A stretch of 59,391 bases of DNA, taken from assembly GCF_001194135.2 (NCBI RefSeq), contig NC_068987.1, forward strand, positions 732,795-792,185. Direction: 5' to 3'. Shown here piece by piece: positions 13,593 through 26,932 of the stretch. Origin of the DNA: Octopus bimaculoides. Lineage: Eukaryota. Made by a program: the position numbers and the translations under genes. The notes beneath the pieces were generated by a model. The model searched no databases, was not told where the DNA came from, and was given only the letters and a program-made list of their open reading frames with translations. Position 1 is the stretch's first letter, and every line of letters starts with the position of its first letter.

Positions 13593-14584
13593 CAAGGACA
13601 TCATCACAATGTCGCCTGCTAATGAGATCAAATAATCCTAGAGATCACAAATAAAATGTAGCAAAACCGCAAAAGCAAATTTAAAGAAAAAATTGATCAA
13701 AAGACTACAAAATACATCTCCACGCCCCCTCTTCTGCCAATATTGAAACAAAACAAACATAATAAACACAAAGAAAGCAGCAACAACAACAACAATGACA
13801 ATGACAACACTAATAGTTTTCGATAAGGAATGTAACAACAAAATGGAGGAAAAACTAAAAACAATGAAGTAACAAGTCAGTTAAAATGGCGGAACTATTT
13901 GTCTACATATCACGATCTCACCTATTTTAGTGGGGCGATAATAACAACAACAACAATGCAAACAACATCGAAAGGAAGAAGAAGAACAACAACAATGACA
14001 ACATTGACAACAATAACAACAACAACAACAACATCAACAACAACGACGATGACAGAATTGCAGCTACAGTAGCAATGAAGGACTGCAGCGGCACGAACGA
14101 TAGAAAATGCAGTTGTGACAACAACAACAGAAACAACAGCAACCTCAAAAATGACAACATCAACAGCATCAACATCAGCAATATATACAAGTGTAACAGG
14201 ACTAAGGATAGTAAATACAATAGTAAAAAAAACAGCATCACCACCACCACCACCACCACCACCACCACCACCNNNNNNNNNNNNNNNNNNNNNNNNNNNN
14301 NNNNNNNNNNNNNNNNNNNNNNNNNNNNNNNNNNNNNNNNNNNNNNNNNNNNNNNNNNNNNNNNNNNNNNNNNNNNNNNNNNNNNNNNNNNNNNNNNNNN
14401 NNNNNNNNNNNNNNNNNNNNNNNNNNNNNNNNNNNNNNNNNNNNNNNNNNNNNNNNNNNNNNNNNNNNNNNNNNNNNNNNNNNNNNNNNNNNNNACCACC
14501 ACCACCACCGCTTCTTCTACTGCCATCACGATGAACATTACACCACCAAGACCACACTACCAACAATGACTAAATCATCGACGT

Positions 14585-14640
<56 letters not shown>

Positions 14641-14879
14641 GTACTACTACTAGTACTACTATCAACGCCACACTACCAGTTCCATCACTACACCACCACC
14701 ACCACCAGCAGCAAAACAACAACAACAACAACAGTCATATTGCAATCAGAAATAATGATAGTATCAGAATTGTGTGATCATTCAGCGACAAAGAATTTAC
14801 GCTGTTTCTCAACCTGCTAAACATAGTAGCCAAATCTCCCTCAAATTTGAGACGCTGGAAGTACCATTTTCTAGTCCAT

Positions 14880-15430
14880 GGTTGGCTTGAAAGGACTTCG
14901 CTCTGCCGCAAGCGTTCTGACTAGGCCTTACTACATCATGTTTATCGTTGCCGCACGGCACACCAATCTCATTCACAGAACCCTAATTGTTCAGATGTGA
15001 ACTCAAAGACCCTCCTGATTTCGTAGACTCCATCTCTCCTCTTCCTCCACCCACACATTACCCCTTTTAGTGTTACCTAAGCCATACACCCAATCCCGCT
15101 TTCATGCACAAATCTTTGGTATTTATAGTCCATCTCTGCTGACCAGCTGACATGGCTACACTTTTTACTTATACTCTACTTTAAAAGATGAGGTCTGCAC
15201 TCACCCAGTCAACCCCCAGTGAAAAATGCACACCTGTGTAAGAGGCACACTTGTGAAGCGGTCCTAACATTCGCTGCTCGATTTTCATGGAGTCTCCTCC
15301 ATCACGCCCAAGGTTTGTTCCCTCCAAATCTATCCTTTTCCGTCCACTTGTAAACAGACAATCTGAATCCAATGGAATTATGAAGCCCCTGAAACCAACC
15401 AAGCCACGAACCCTGACGTAACCCCTATTG
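14880..15430 (-). mobile_element. Very old LINE remnant (RT/3' region)
   Basis: Contains LRQGSWLG (cf. G.RQG..L.P) and a 3' VRTLAAERS-type ending; otherwise heavily decayed. Confidence 0.3.
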
Positions 15431-15897
15431 CCCTCAAACTATATGCACATTTCCCCTAGCCCTCCTTCTTCCCAATAACAACAACTTGTCATCTCCATCG
15501 ATGACATCTCCAACACAAATAGCTCTGAGTCCTCCATTAGCCACAGTTTAACTATGAGTCTTACTCAAGAGTCATTTCAACAATGCTTCTTAATATAAGA
15601 ACACTCCAGATATTCGAATGATGAGTCATATTTCAGAGTCACTCTAGATATGAGTTATACTTGGGAGTCATTACAGTGACAAATGGTACTTTAGTGTTAG
15701 TCCACTTATGAATCAAGCATTACAGTTACTTCAACCACGTGTCCTACAACGCTACTACACTACCGTATGCCACACTGTCCTACACTACACTGTTCCACGC
15801 CAACACTTAACACTACAACAGTAACCACAACATAATCAGACCATAAGTTCACGCTACAGCACAGACTGTCCTACATTCAGTATAATAGTCACTTTCA

Positions 15898-15954
<57 letters not shown>

Positions 15955-16482
15955 AGCTGCTGCTGCCGCCACCGCCGCCGTTTCTCCTGCTTCTGCTACA
16001 ATATCTCGGAACTCACTATTATCTCCATCACTCATCCATAAAATAACTGATCAACAACAATAATAAAAATAGAAATAGCCTCGAACACAACTCCAACAAA
16101 ACAGAGCAACAACAACAACAACAACAAGTGGAATCTGCAACAACAACAAAAAAAATATTAACAACACCACCAACAGCAACAATCGCAACAATATTTCACA
16201 CTGCAAATAATTTCATAAAAGTTCTAATAAAAGACAAATTTAGACAAAACAAGATTTCAATTGGTAAATTTGTCTTCGGGCACTGGTTTACATTGAACTC
16301 ACAACCACGTAGTTAATAGCCTTTTGTAGAACGTCCTTCACGTTCCACTTTCTGTAAAGCACGGTTCTGTGGGAGGAACAAGCTTTACTGTTGTTGTTTG
16401 TGGCTTTCTTCCTCACATATTTATTCTACTCTAAAACATCTCACTCGAAGATATTGAACTTTAAAATATTCATTTTGGCTAA

Positions 16483-16693
16483 GGCGGCGGCGAGGAGCCG
16501 GCAGAACCGTTAGCAGGCCGGGCGAAATGCTTAGCGGTATTTCGTCTGCCGCTACGTTCTGAGTTCAAATTCCGCCGAGGTCGATTAAATAAGTACCAGT
16601 TATGCACTGGGGTCGACATAATCGACTTAACCCTTTTGTCTGTCCTTGTTTTTCTCATTTATTTCTTGGCCCCTGTGGGAATAAAGAAATAAA
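16483..16693 (+). mobile_element. tRNA-derived SINE, family A (best copy)
   Basis: Head ggcggcg..gagccggcagaaccgttagc (A-box-like), B-box-like gagttcaaattcc, body gtaccagtt..ctggggtcga..atcgactt, tail aataaagaaat. At least six other copies in the window. Confidence 0.9.
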
Positions 16694-16775
16694 TATTTAC
16701 ACATATGAATACACATCCACACTTATGAATATACATTGATATACACACATATACCAAGCTGAGTAAAAAGTAAGC

Positions 16776-16909
16776 ATGTCTATATATGTCTATATACGTA
16801 TGTCTATATATGTCTATATATGTATGTCTAAATATGTCTATATATATCTATATACGTCTATATATGTATGTCTATATATGCCTATATCTGTATGTCTCTA
16901 TATATGTCC

Positions 16910-16918
<9 letters not shown>
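16776..16918. repeat. Degenerate 10-bp minisatellite (ATGTCTATAT)n
   Basis: About 12 imperfect units, merging into (CT)n and (AT)n. Confidence 0.8.
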
Positions 16919-17001
<83 letters not shown>

Positions 17002-17174
17002 ATATGTATTTCTATTTAGCTATTATCGAAGATTCCCTACTTTTAAGCTGCTTTAATTTGCTCACCAATAAATCACCGGGAATGAAATTTTAAACGTCTG
17101 CTTTAACGAAGTGTATAAACTCATAAAAAAAAACAAACAAACAAACAAACTGGTGTGAGTGAACCTGTTAGTGA

Positions 17175-17350
17175 CTAATCTGCTAGAAGTAACACCTCCA
17201 TCTTCCTCAAATCTACCCCTAAAGTCTTGAAAATAAGAAGAACGTGTTCGATAATACCTCTCCCGGGTAAAATTTTATATAAATAACAGTCGAACATGCG
17301 GGTGTTTCATGATGGATTGTTCAATTCGAGCTGTTCTGGACTAAATAACA
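17175..17350 (+). repeat. Dispersed repeat family C copy
   Basis: ctgctagaagtaacacctccatcttcctcaaatct...gagctgttctggactaaataacaa. Confidence 0.55.
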
Positions 17351-17913
17351 ATTGAATATTTATCGGAAAGATAAACGCTATAAAAGCAACTAAACTGTGA
17401 AAACTAATTAAGTTAAATTAGACGATATTAAATAATCTATAGACAAAATATTAGAAGATCGATACAGATAAAATATAAAATAATTTTTGCTGTCTATCTG
17501 ACTCGATCAATCAAATACATATATTTCGTTTTTGAATTCGATTTGAAAGATTCTTGATGAGAACTCGTGTGTTGAAAGATATTTTGTTGTATCTTGGGAG
17601 GGTCATTATGCCAATAATGATCACACACGCTGGTGGTTCTATTTAACTTTTATTATTATCAGTGAATTCATTCGCATTTAGCTAAATAACCCATCGTTTG
17701 TTTGATTAATTGCTTGGTCAATCAAATTGTCGGCTAGATTTGTAATTCTCACTACAGGACTTTTACTCCAAGTCTCTTCAGGTCTGTCTGTCTGTCTGTC
17801 TGTCTCCTAGTTTAAGTTCAATATATTTATGTGGATATAAGTGAGAATGCATGTGCGTGAGTGTGTTTGTGTGTGTGTCTTGGTTGGTGCGAATTCTGAA
17901 AGTGTGTGAGAAG

Positions 17914-17947
<34 letters not shown>

Positions 17948-18334
17948 TGTTTGATGGATGTGTGTAATTGCTGCGTTCGTGTATATGAGCGGTGTGGATT
18001 CTGTGAAAGATGTGTTGTGGTTAAATATTGATTTAATTCTATATTTCTCACTATATTTTATGGTTTACGTTTTTCTCTTTGTGAATGGACTGCGGGCGGG
18101 AACATGTGCGCAAGCGTCGCTATGTGTGCGTGTGTGTATTGACATTTAAGTCGAGTTTACTTATTTTGAGGATGGAAGGAATCAAATTACGATTTAATGA
18201 CTCGTCTTTCATTCCAATAACTCCAAGAAATACGGACTGAGGTATTTCACTCCCAGTGAACCATAGTCCACACACATACGAGGAACATAGGAAACCCGCA
18301 GACATACGAAACACGCAAATAAATTTACATTAGT

Positions 18335-18517
18335 TTCAAATTTTGGTACAGGGCCAGTAAGTTTGGTGGGAGTAAGCTGATTACACCGACCGCAGCATAT
18401 GACTGGTACTTATTTTATCGACTTCAAAAATATGAAAAGGAAAATTGACCTCAGAACGTAAAGACGGGTGTAATGCTAACGAATCGGCATGCTAACGCTT
18501 CTGCCAGATGGCCGCCC
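18335..18517 (-). mobile_element. tRNA-derived SINE, family A
   Basis: gactggtacttattttatcgac, gacctcagaacgtaaagac and gctaacgcttctgccag..gccgcc are reverse complements of family A segments. Confidence 0.8.
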
Positions 18518-18909
18518 TATCAATGCGTATTAACACTCCAGGGATATGTTTACTAACCTAACACTAACATTGATATATGTATTACAACCTAAAACTGTTT
18601 ATCGTCTGGTGGTTGTGGTTGGGGGGCGGATAGAAGCAGTTGAACATGTCCCCTGCAGTTTCTGACTTGCATCATGTTTGTCAACCGATCTGATATCGAG
18701 ATGCTCGTGCATTGTTGTATACATGTGTAACATACGATGTACATGCATGTAGCACAATGCAAACATGTGGGATCGTAAATTATCTTATATAGTTCGTTGT
18801 AGTTTTATTTATTCATTTATTTACTTTGTTACGGGTAGCTAGGGGAGGGGTGGTCATTACATTTTGATTGTATTTATCTTATTATTAGGTAATGACTTAT
18901 TAGCCTTAT

Positions 18910-19170
18910 TAGCTAATGACATCCGTTCATTGTTTAGAGTATCTTCACGTATTTTACGGAAAGAATTTTCGTATGGGTGTCTTGAAATGGTCTTTCTGTC
19001 AATGTTATTCAGCGACCATGTTTACTCTTAACATACTGATAGAGAACTGACGTTGGGTTCCTGTCAATATATTCTTCCCAGTGCTCCTCCATTCTTTCAT
19101 CGAAACTCATGGCAGTTTCCCTTAATTTATAATATCGTTGAGTTCTTACATTCGCAGCGAGGATTCCTGT
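18910..19170 (-). mobile_element. Penelope-like GIY-YIG endonuclease remnant
   Basis: RCECK...RETAMSFDERMEEH...TSVLYQYVKSKHG...FQDTHTKILS, cf. C..C...YIGET.RS..ER..EH...S.L..H. Confidence 0.55.
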
Positions 19171-19344
19171 TTTTATGACTGAGTCAAGTAAAAGATAATT
19201 AATATATCAAAGTGCTAACAATACATTCCTATGCTATAGAGAATCTGTTAAGCTGTGGAAAGTGTGTATGATATAGACAGATAGGTAAATAGATAGATAG
19301 ATAAATAGATAGGTAGATAAACAGATAGATAGAGGTAGTTAGAC

Positions 19345-19390
<46 letters not shown>

Positions 19391-20118
19391 NNNNNNNNNN
19401 NNNNNNNNNNNNNNNNNNNNNNNNNNNNNNNNNNNNNNNNNNNNNNNNNNNNNNNNNNNNNNNNNNNNNNNNNNNNNNNNNNNNNNNNNNNNNNNNNNNN
19501 NNNNNNNNNNNNNNNNNNNNNNNNNNNNNNNNNNNNNNNNNNNNNNNNNNNNNNNNNNNNNNNNNNNNNNNNNNNNNNNNNNNNNNNNNNNNNNNNNNNN
19601 NNNNNNNNNNNNNNNNNNNNNNNNNNNNNNNNNNNNNNNNNNNNNNNNNNNNNNNNNNNNNNNNNNNNNNNNNNNNNNNNNNNNNNNNNNNNNNNNNNNN
19701 NNNNNNNNNNNNNNNNNNNNNNNNNNNNNNNNNNNNNNNNNNNNNNNNNNNNNNNNNNNNNNNNNNNNNNNNNNNNNNNNNNNNNNNNNNNNNNNNNNNN
19801 NNNNNNNNNNNNNNNNNNNNNNNNNNNNNNNNNNNNNNNNNNNNNNNNNNNNNNNNNNNNNNNNNNNNNNNNNNNNNNNNNNNNNNNNNNNNNNNNNNNN
19901 NNNNNNNNNNNNNNNNNNNNNNNNNNNNNNNNNNNNNNNNNNNNNNNNNNNNNNNNNNNNNNNNNNNNNNNNNNNNNNNNNNNNNNNNNNNNNNNNNNNN
20001 NNNNNNNNNNNNNNNNNNNNNNNNNNNNNNNNNNNNNNNNNNNNNNNNNNNNNNNNNNNNNNNNNNNNNNNNNNNNNNNNNNNNNNNNNNNNNNNNNNNN
20101 NNNNNNNNNNNNNNNNNN

Positions 20119-20154
<36 letters not shown>

Positions 20155-20420
20155 GCATATATAATACATATTGTATTGTGTGTGTGTGTGTAAACCTATC
20201 CCCGAAATATCATTAAGACGACCTCTGCTTAATGTGCTTGTCTGATTGTTTGTCCGCTTAATCTTATTGTCTGCTTCTGTTTCTAAGTACATATCTATAT
20301 ATAAAGATAGAATAATAATAGCATCACGCACAGACACACACACACACACGTCCACACACACACATATACAGACACGCAGACATAAACAAATGCACGCACA
20401 CATACATATATGTGTAAACA

Positions 20421-20473
<53 letters not shown>

Positions 20474-20892
20474 TTCACCTAAGACCACTTGTTGCGACTA
20501 TAACATCAACTACAACAACAACAACAACAATGGCAACAGACAAATAGAAACAAACAAAAAAAGACCAGGAGAAACAACTAATTATAAAACGAAGAGACAC
20601 AGGAATTATCTTTTATGATTTATTTTAATCGTGCCGGCCGTGACAATCACTCTTTACATCTGTAAGACTGTATCAGAATGTCTACCGACACCACTCCAAC
20701 CAACTTATCACAAGCTACAACACAGATACCACATCAGCCTCCACCACCACCACCACCACCACCACCACTTCTACTACCACCTTCACTACCACCACTTCCA
20801 TTACCACCACCATCATCACCACCACCAACAACCACAACATTATCCACACAATCAAAAATATCATCACCACCGCCATATCACCCTCGTCGTCG

Positions 20893-20956
<64 letters not shown>

Positions 20957-21434
20957 TTTCATCATAAATAGCTACGGCGATAATAATGTTATTTTTGAAA
21001 AATTTACTTCCGTCACATCCATACAGACTACAGAAATGATAACGAGGCTGTTCATGCACTCTCTTTCTCTCTCTTTCTCTCTCTCTGTCTCACTCTATGT
21101 TTCTCTTTCTCTCGTGTTTTCTAGTGCTTTCTCTCTTTTCTTTCTTTCTCTATTATCCTCCTGTATCCTGGCCCCACCCACTTCATTCTCTCCCTGCTGT
21201 CTGTGAAGTACAGACTAGATCGATATGTGTTTTGTGTTTGTGATCTTTGTAAGTCTAGAATTTTGGATCCAGTCTGATCCAGAGGAAACCGTGAGATTAT
21301 ATAGATATATATATGTATCATATATGTATGTGTGCTTGCGTGTATACATAGACATATATATATATACACATATATATATACAAATATATATTTATATATA
21401 CTTTTATATATATATGTTTATATATGCATATATT

Positions 21435-21465
<31 letters not shown>

Positions 21466-22067
21466 GTCTAAATATATTTATATATATGCATAAATATATA
21501 TATATATGTGTGTAAATATATATATATGTATAAATATATATGGTATATATATAATATATATGTATGTACATATACGTATAGATACGTGCTTAGATAAAGC
21601 ATACATACACACATATTCATTTGCATACACCTGCACTCACACACAGACACATACATGCAAATATATACATACATACATATATATCATATCTCGTCTTCTT
21701 TTTAGTAATTATTTAACTATGAAAGTTAATTATACTCTGTGATGTAAATGCGTGTATTTTTATACACATATATATACGCACACACACATCCGCAGACATA
21801 AACAGATAAACAGCCACTCTCACTTTCTCTTTTCATGTATATATATATATATATNNNNNNNNNNNNNNNNNNNNNNNNNNNNNNNNNNNNNNNNNNNNNN
21901 NNNNNNNNNNNNNNNNNNNNNNNNNNNNNNNNNNNNNNNNNNNNNNNNNNNNNNNNNNNNNNNNNNNNNNNNNNNNNNNNNNNNNNNNNNNNNNNNNNNN
22001 NNNNNNNNNNNNNNNNNNNNNNNNNNNNNNNNNNNNNNNNNNNNNNNNNNNNNNNNNNNNNNNNNNN

Positions 22068-22115
<48 letters not shown>

Positions 22116-22349
22116 TATATATGTATGTACGTACATATATGTACAGCCTTTCCCTATTTTGGGTCATTGAGCTGTAGTCATGCTGGGGCACCAACTTAAG
22201 TAGATGTATATATATGCGTATGCACGCACATACGCCTCCACGTGTGTGTGCGCGGGCCTGCGCGTGCGTGTGCGTGTGCCTGTGCCTATGTGTGTGTGTG
22301 TCTGTGTGTGTGTGTGTGTGTATAGAAATTGTCAAATTTTGAATTTGTT

Positions 22350-22460
22350 CGGTTTGAGAATTCTAAGGCCACGGGTTCGATTCCTACGCTGGTGTCTCAG
22401 AAAATTATTTCATGCCATAGCCTTGGCTACCTTCATGCCTTGCTAGTGAAACCGGAGACA
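22350..22460 (+). mobile_element. Degenerate tRNA-head SINE (family D)
   Basis: B-box GGTTCGATTCC at about 22374, followed by atagccttggc...gccttgctagtg. Related heads at 24880-25110 and 25625-25780. Confidence 0.45.
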
Positions 22461-22609
22461 CAGAGACTCAATAGAATCCTTGTCATAGATCGAACCTACA
22501 ACACAGACGTCTCTCCTTTTCGTACATCGTTTCCTATCAATTCTACCTGAACATACAATTTCGGGTCCATTCAAAATGCAGCCACCTTCAACTTAGTTCA
22601 ATAAAGACG

Positions 22610-22830
22610 TAGTTTTAGATGTTTACTCATTGACTCGTTTCAGATATGCTGGAGCTCCGCCTTGAACAATTCCTTTTTGTCGAATGAATCGACCTCAGTA
22701 CTTATTTAAGCCTGGTACCTATTCTATCATTCTATTTTGTCGAACCGCTAAGTTAAGGGGACGTAAACACACCATCACTTGTTGTCAAGCAGTGGTGGTG
22801 GTGGAGGACAAACAGAAACATAAAAACACA
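22610..22830 (-). mobile_element. SINE-type repeat, family B
   Basis: atgctggagctccgcctt, ctggtacctattctatc and gtcgaaccgctaagttaaggggacgtaaacac are reverse complements of family B. Confidence 0.8.
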
Positions 22831-22939
22831 CATGCATACAAATGGCTCTCCGTTGGTTACTACGTCGAGTGTTCCAGTTGATTCAGTGTACGGAGGAATC
22901 TGCTCGTGAAATGAACGTACAAGCGGCTGATCACTTGAC

Positions 22940-23100
22940 AGACACGCATACCTTTGACACAGTTGCCAGCGGGATTCACGGTGACACAGAATGAAATACG
23001 AGGGCAATCCATTTTTTGCCAGCTGAGTGAACTGTGGCAACGTGCAGTACAGTGTCGTGTTCAGGGACACAACGTGTCACGGGGAATTGAACACATCATC
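22940..23100 (-). mobile_element. tRNA-head SINE (family D-like)
   Basis: ccatttt..cagctgagtgaactg...agtgtcgtgttcagggacacaac...ggggaattgaac reads as a B-box followed by a CORE-like ttgggcaagacactt-type segment on the minus strand. Confidence 0.55.
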
Positions 23101-23134
23101 CCTTTTCTTTCTTTCTAATTGAGATACAAAAAGA

Positions 23135-23272
23135 TCACTTATTTCATCGACCTCGAAAAGATGGAAGGCGATGTCGACCTCGGTGGAATTTGAACTCGGA
23201 ATGTAAAGCCGGAAGGAATACTTCTAAGCATTTTGTTCGGTATTGCTAACGATTCTGCCAGATGGTCGGCTT
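23135..23272 (-). mobile_element. tRNA-derived SINE, family A
   Basis: gtcgacctcggtggaatttgaactcggaatgtaaag...ctaagcattttg...gctaacgattctgccag. Confidence 0.85.
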
Positions 23273-23300
23273 GTGGTGAAATTAAACAGTGTCACAATTT

Positions 23301-23470
23301 AAGGTGACGCGCTGGCGGAATCATTTGCACACCGGACAAAATACTTAGCGGCATTTCTTTCGGATTTACGTTCTGAGTTCAAATTTCGCCGTGGTCAACT
23401 TTCGCTTCGAGGTTAATAAAATGATTACCAGTTGTGCACTGGGGGCGATGTAATCGACTTTCTCCCTCTG
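23301..23470 (+). mobile_element. tRNA-derived SINE, family A
   Basis: gctggcggaatc...cttagcggcatttc...cgttctgagttcaaatttcgccgtggtcaac...taatcgactt. Confidence 0.85.
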
Positions 23471-24879
23471 TAACTAAACTAGAAGGAAAGAAAAAAGAAT
23501 ACGGCAGCAATTTAACTAAAAGGCTGAAAAAGAACAGGATTCCTATTTCTTGGCCAATTCCGGAATTTCCCATTTAGATATGAACCTTTATAAGGAACCA
23601 TCTCGATGTTTGGTATTGATTTTTGGGTTGTATTTAATTATATTGAAATATTGATCTGTAAGTTATTAAATGACCAATGTGTAAGATCGAAAAGTGAATA
23701 CGGATACACAGATACACACACACACACACCCATATATATATACATATATACATACGCTAAATGACAGACATAACATATATCGTCGGTATATATAAAGTTG
23801 TTACTAAGCTGGTTAGCTGTAGCTATNNNNNNNNNNTGTAAGATCGAAAAGTGAATACGGATACACAGATACACACACACACACACACATATATATATAC
23901 ATATATACATACGCTAAATGACAGACATAACAGATATCGTCGGTATATATAAAGTTGTTACTAAGCTGGTTAGCTGTAGCTATGTGTTGTTGTTGTTGTT
24001 GTTGTTGCTGATGTCATTGACGCTATTATAAAAATACTGTTTTTCAATTGTTGCTTTTGTTGTTGTTCTATGTAATTAATTCTTTTTTTTTACAGCCAAC
24101 GTTGATTTCCTCATTGATGTTGTTTAGCCTGGCGGACACACACGCACACATACATGCATAGAGACCGAAAACGTACAGACACACAGCACGCGCACGCAAG
24201 TATGTATGTATGTATGCCTGTCTGTCTGTATGCATGTTTGTGTGTGAGTGTGTGTGTATGTGTGTGAGTGTGACCATCCACCCTTTTCAGTGGCATCTAC
24301 GACTGTGGTATCTATGTTTGCCCTTCATTCATATAAGACACTCTAGGCGATTTGAGGGTTATTTAGCTACTATTTCAAGTAAATTTAATATATTCGTGTA
24401 CGTTGCCATATTAATTAGCACTTGGTCTTAATTGTTTTAATTATTGTTCTTGTTGTTTTAGCTGTCATCTTTGTTGTTGGTGGCGTTGTTAATCCACAAG
24501 CAAGCCCTAATAATCAAACAAAACCGAAACTTGCAATCCGGGTAGCCCAGACATGCCTACCACACTTATTCTTGTATATCTGTAACAAAACGTTTAAGGT
24601 GCTGTTCCTTTTTAAAAGACATGTGATTAGGTGAGATTTAACTGATATTTCTAGCGAAAGAGGCCCTTACGAAGGCAGGGCTTCCGTGTTTTGTGGAAGT
24701 GATTGGTCTGTGCTTAGCGGTAAATGTTTTTTTGTTTTGCTTATTGTACAGCCCCAGGTTATTCCTCCTCCAGCAAATTCCTCATCCAGCAGAATTCTTC
24801 ATCATGACAGGATCGTATGAACAAATACAATCCTGTCATGCCCACCCCACTATATATTCATAAATGCTGTAATTATGCT

Positions 24880-25110
24880 CAGCCATGCTTGTGTAGTTAA
24901 CGAGGTATGGTACTGAGTTCGATACACGCCTGCGGCAGTTGCGGCCATGTCTCTTATACTACCAGAGCTTCGATTCAATCCAAGAATTATCAGTGAAATT
25001 TGCAGAACAGAAATCGTGTCGGTTGAGAGAAAGTTGGAACCTCAGTACACTTGGTTGACAGAAGGAATTTCAACCGGTTAAGAACCCGGCCTCTCACACG
25101 CGTTGGTCAA
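24880..25110 (+). mobile_element. Degenerate tRNA-head SINE (family D)
   Basis: gtgtagttaa...gagttcgatac head and downstream gttgacagaaggaatttcaaccgg segment. Confidence 0.4.
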
Positions 25111-25784
25111 TTTAGCGTTTTTTCTTGGAGTTATACTTTCGGGAATATCTTCTTTCTCACCCCCATACCACCTGTCGTTTAGACCCCTAAAAGGGCTCGA
25201 GGCATTGCCCTTCTTATTTGTGGCATTCAAGTGGTTTCACTGGGTATTGTATGGATACAGAGCAATTTATTTCTCAGCTATTTCTAGCAAATCGGGTGAC
25301 CACATACAAGGCTACTCCGTCTATTTCTCCTATCATTGTTGTCGCTGTTGTTGTTTTCTTATGACGACAGTTGATGTTGTTGTTGTTGTTGCTGGTGGTG
25401 TTGTTGCCATTATTTATTCTGTTGCAGTGTCTGTGTTTATCTTTACAGTTACCACCACCACCACCACCACCACCACCACCACCAGATATCATCAAATGCC
25501 ACTAACACGACGATCATTAACATCAGCGTCACCGCCATCGTCGTCGTCATAATCATCATCATTATCATAATCAATATCACTGTCATCTGATTTAAATTTT
25601 AAAACTGAAAGTAAAAATATCTGGTTAGGCCGAGCAATGGCCGTTTGCTTAAGAAGTTTACATCACAAGCACACGACTCCGAGTTCGATTCTACTGTACA
25701 GCACGTTAAATAAATGTGTTCAAATTTGAGTCCGAAGTTAAAATTTGCTCGAAGGAAAGTGTGTGACGCCTGGTGCATATATAC

Positions 25785-25830
<46 letters not shown>

Positions 25831-26074
25831 AAGTTCTTTTCTCATTGCAGCTACTAATCACAAGATTTGATGCTCCTATTCTGCTCCGTTAACAGGGGTT
25901 TTCTACCTTAATTTTGTGTTGATGAATGCCTTATGAGTAGACTCTGGAAAACGGAGATTGTGCACAAGCCTGCATATGTGTCTACATGTATGTATATATG
26001 TATATAATATAAATAATATATATATGCATATATACATGCGTATATGTACATGCTTACATCTATACGTATAATAT

Positions 26075-26345
26075 GGAGGGAATGGATGGAAATCCTCTTA
26101 GCCCCTTCTGGAGCATAGGGCCGGTTTCCCGGTTTCCATGGCGTATGTGTTCCCTCCTAGCTGGACGGGACGCCAGTCCATCGCAGCTTTTTACTCAAGA
26201 AACAGGAACAAAGAGTGAGAGAAAGTTGGGGCGAAAGAGTACAACAGGGGTCGCCATCACCCCAGCCGGAGCCTCGTGAAGCTTTAGGTGTTTTCACTCA
26301 ATAAACACACACAAGGCCCGGTCTAAGAATCGAAACCGCGATCCA
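26075..26345 (-). mobile_element. SINE with V-domain-like core
   Basis: Minus strand: B-box-like ggtttcgattc, later GCGATGGACTGGCGTCCCGTCCAG, which matches my recollection of the conserved V-SINE central domain. Confidence 0.6.
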
Positions 26346-26774
26346 ATACAATGGTAAAGGACTAAATAAATAAATAATTAAATGAATGGTGAATAGGAAG
26401 GGGGATACCGCTTCTCTCACTCCCTCTACCTATCTGTCTATCAGTCTGAGTATCTACCTATCTATCTATCTATCTACCTATCTATCTATCTACCTATCTA
26501 TCTATCTATTTATCCATCTCCATTATCATGNNNNNNNNNNNNNNNNNNNNNNNNNNNNNNNNNNNNNNNNNNNNNNNNNNNNNNNAATGTTCCAAACAAA
26601 AACCCCCGCATCTTGTTTCATATAAATCAATGAGCTGTTTGGACATTCCCAAAATTTTATTTGATAAGTTCGAGAAAGGAACGAAATCGCTAAAAATAAT
26701 GAAAAAATAAAAAGAATTTTTTCCAAAATTCTGACGACTTTTTTCTCAATATTCAATTTCCGTACATCACACCT

Positions 26775-26843
<69 letters not shown>

Positions 26844-26894
26844 CACGAATGTATGTATATATACATGCATGTATGCATATATATATGTGAATGG

Positions 26895-26932
<38 letters not shown>

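Noticed and set aside
23678-23982. ~145-bp direct duplication around a 10-N gap
   Set aside because: Near-identical copies on both sides of a placeholder gap indicate unmerged contig overlap; the same pattern occurs near 6323 and 39309.
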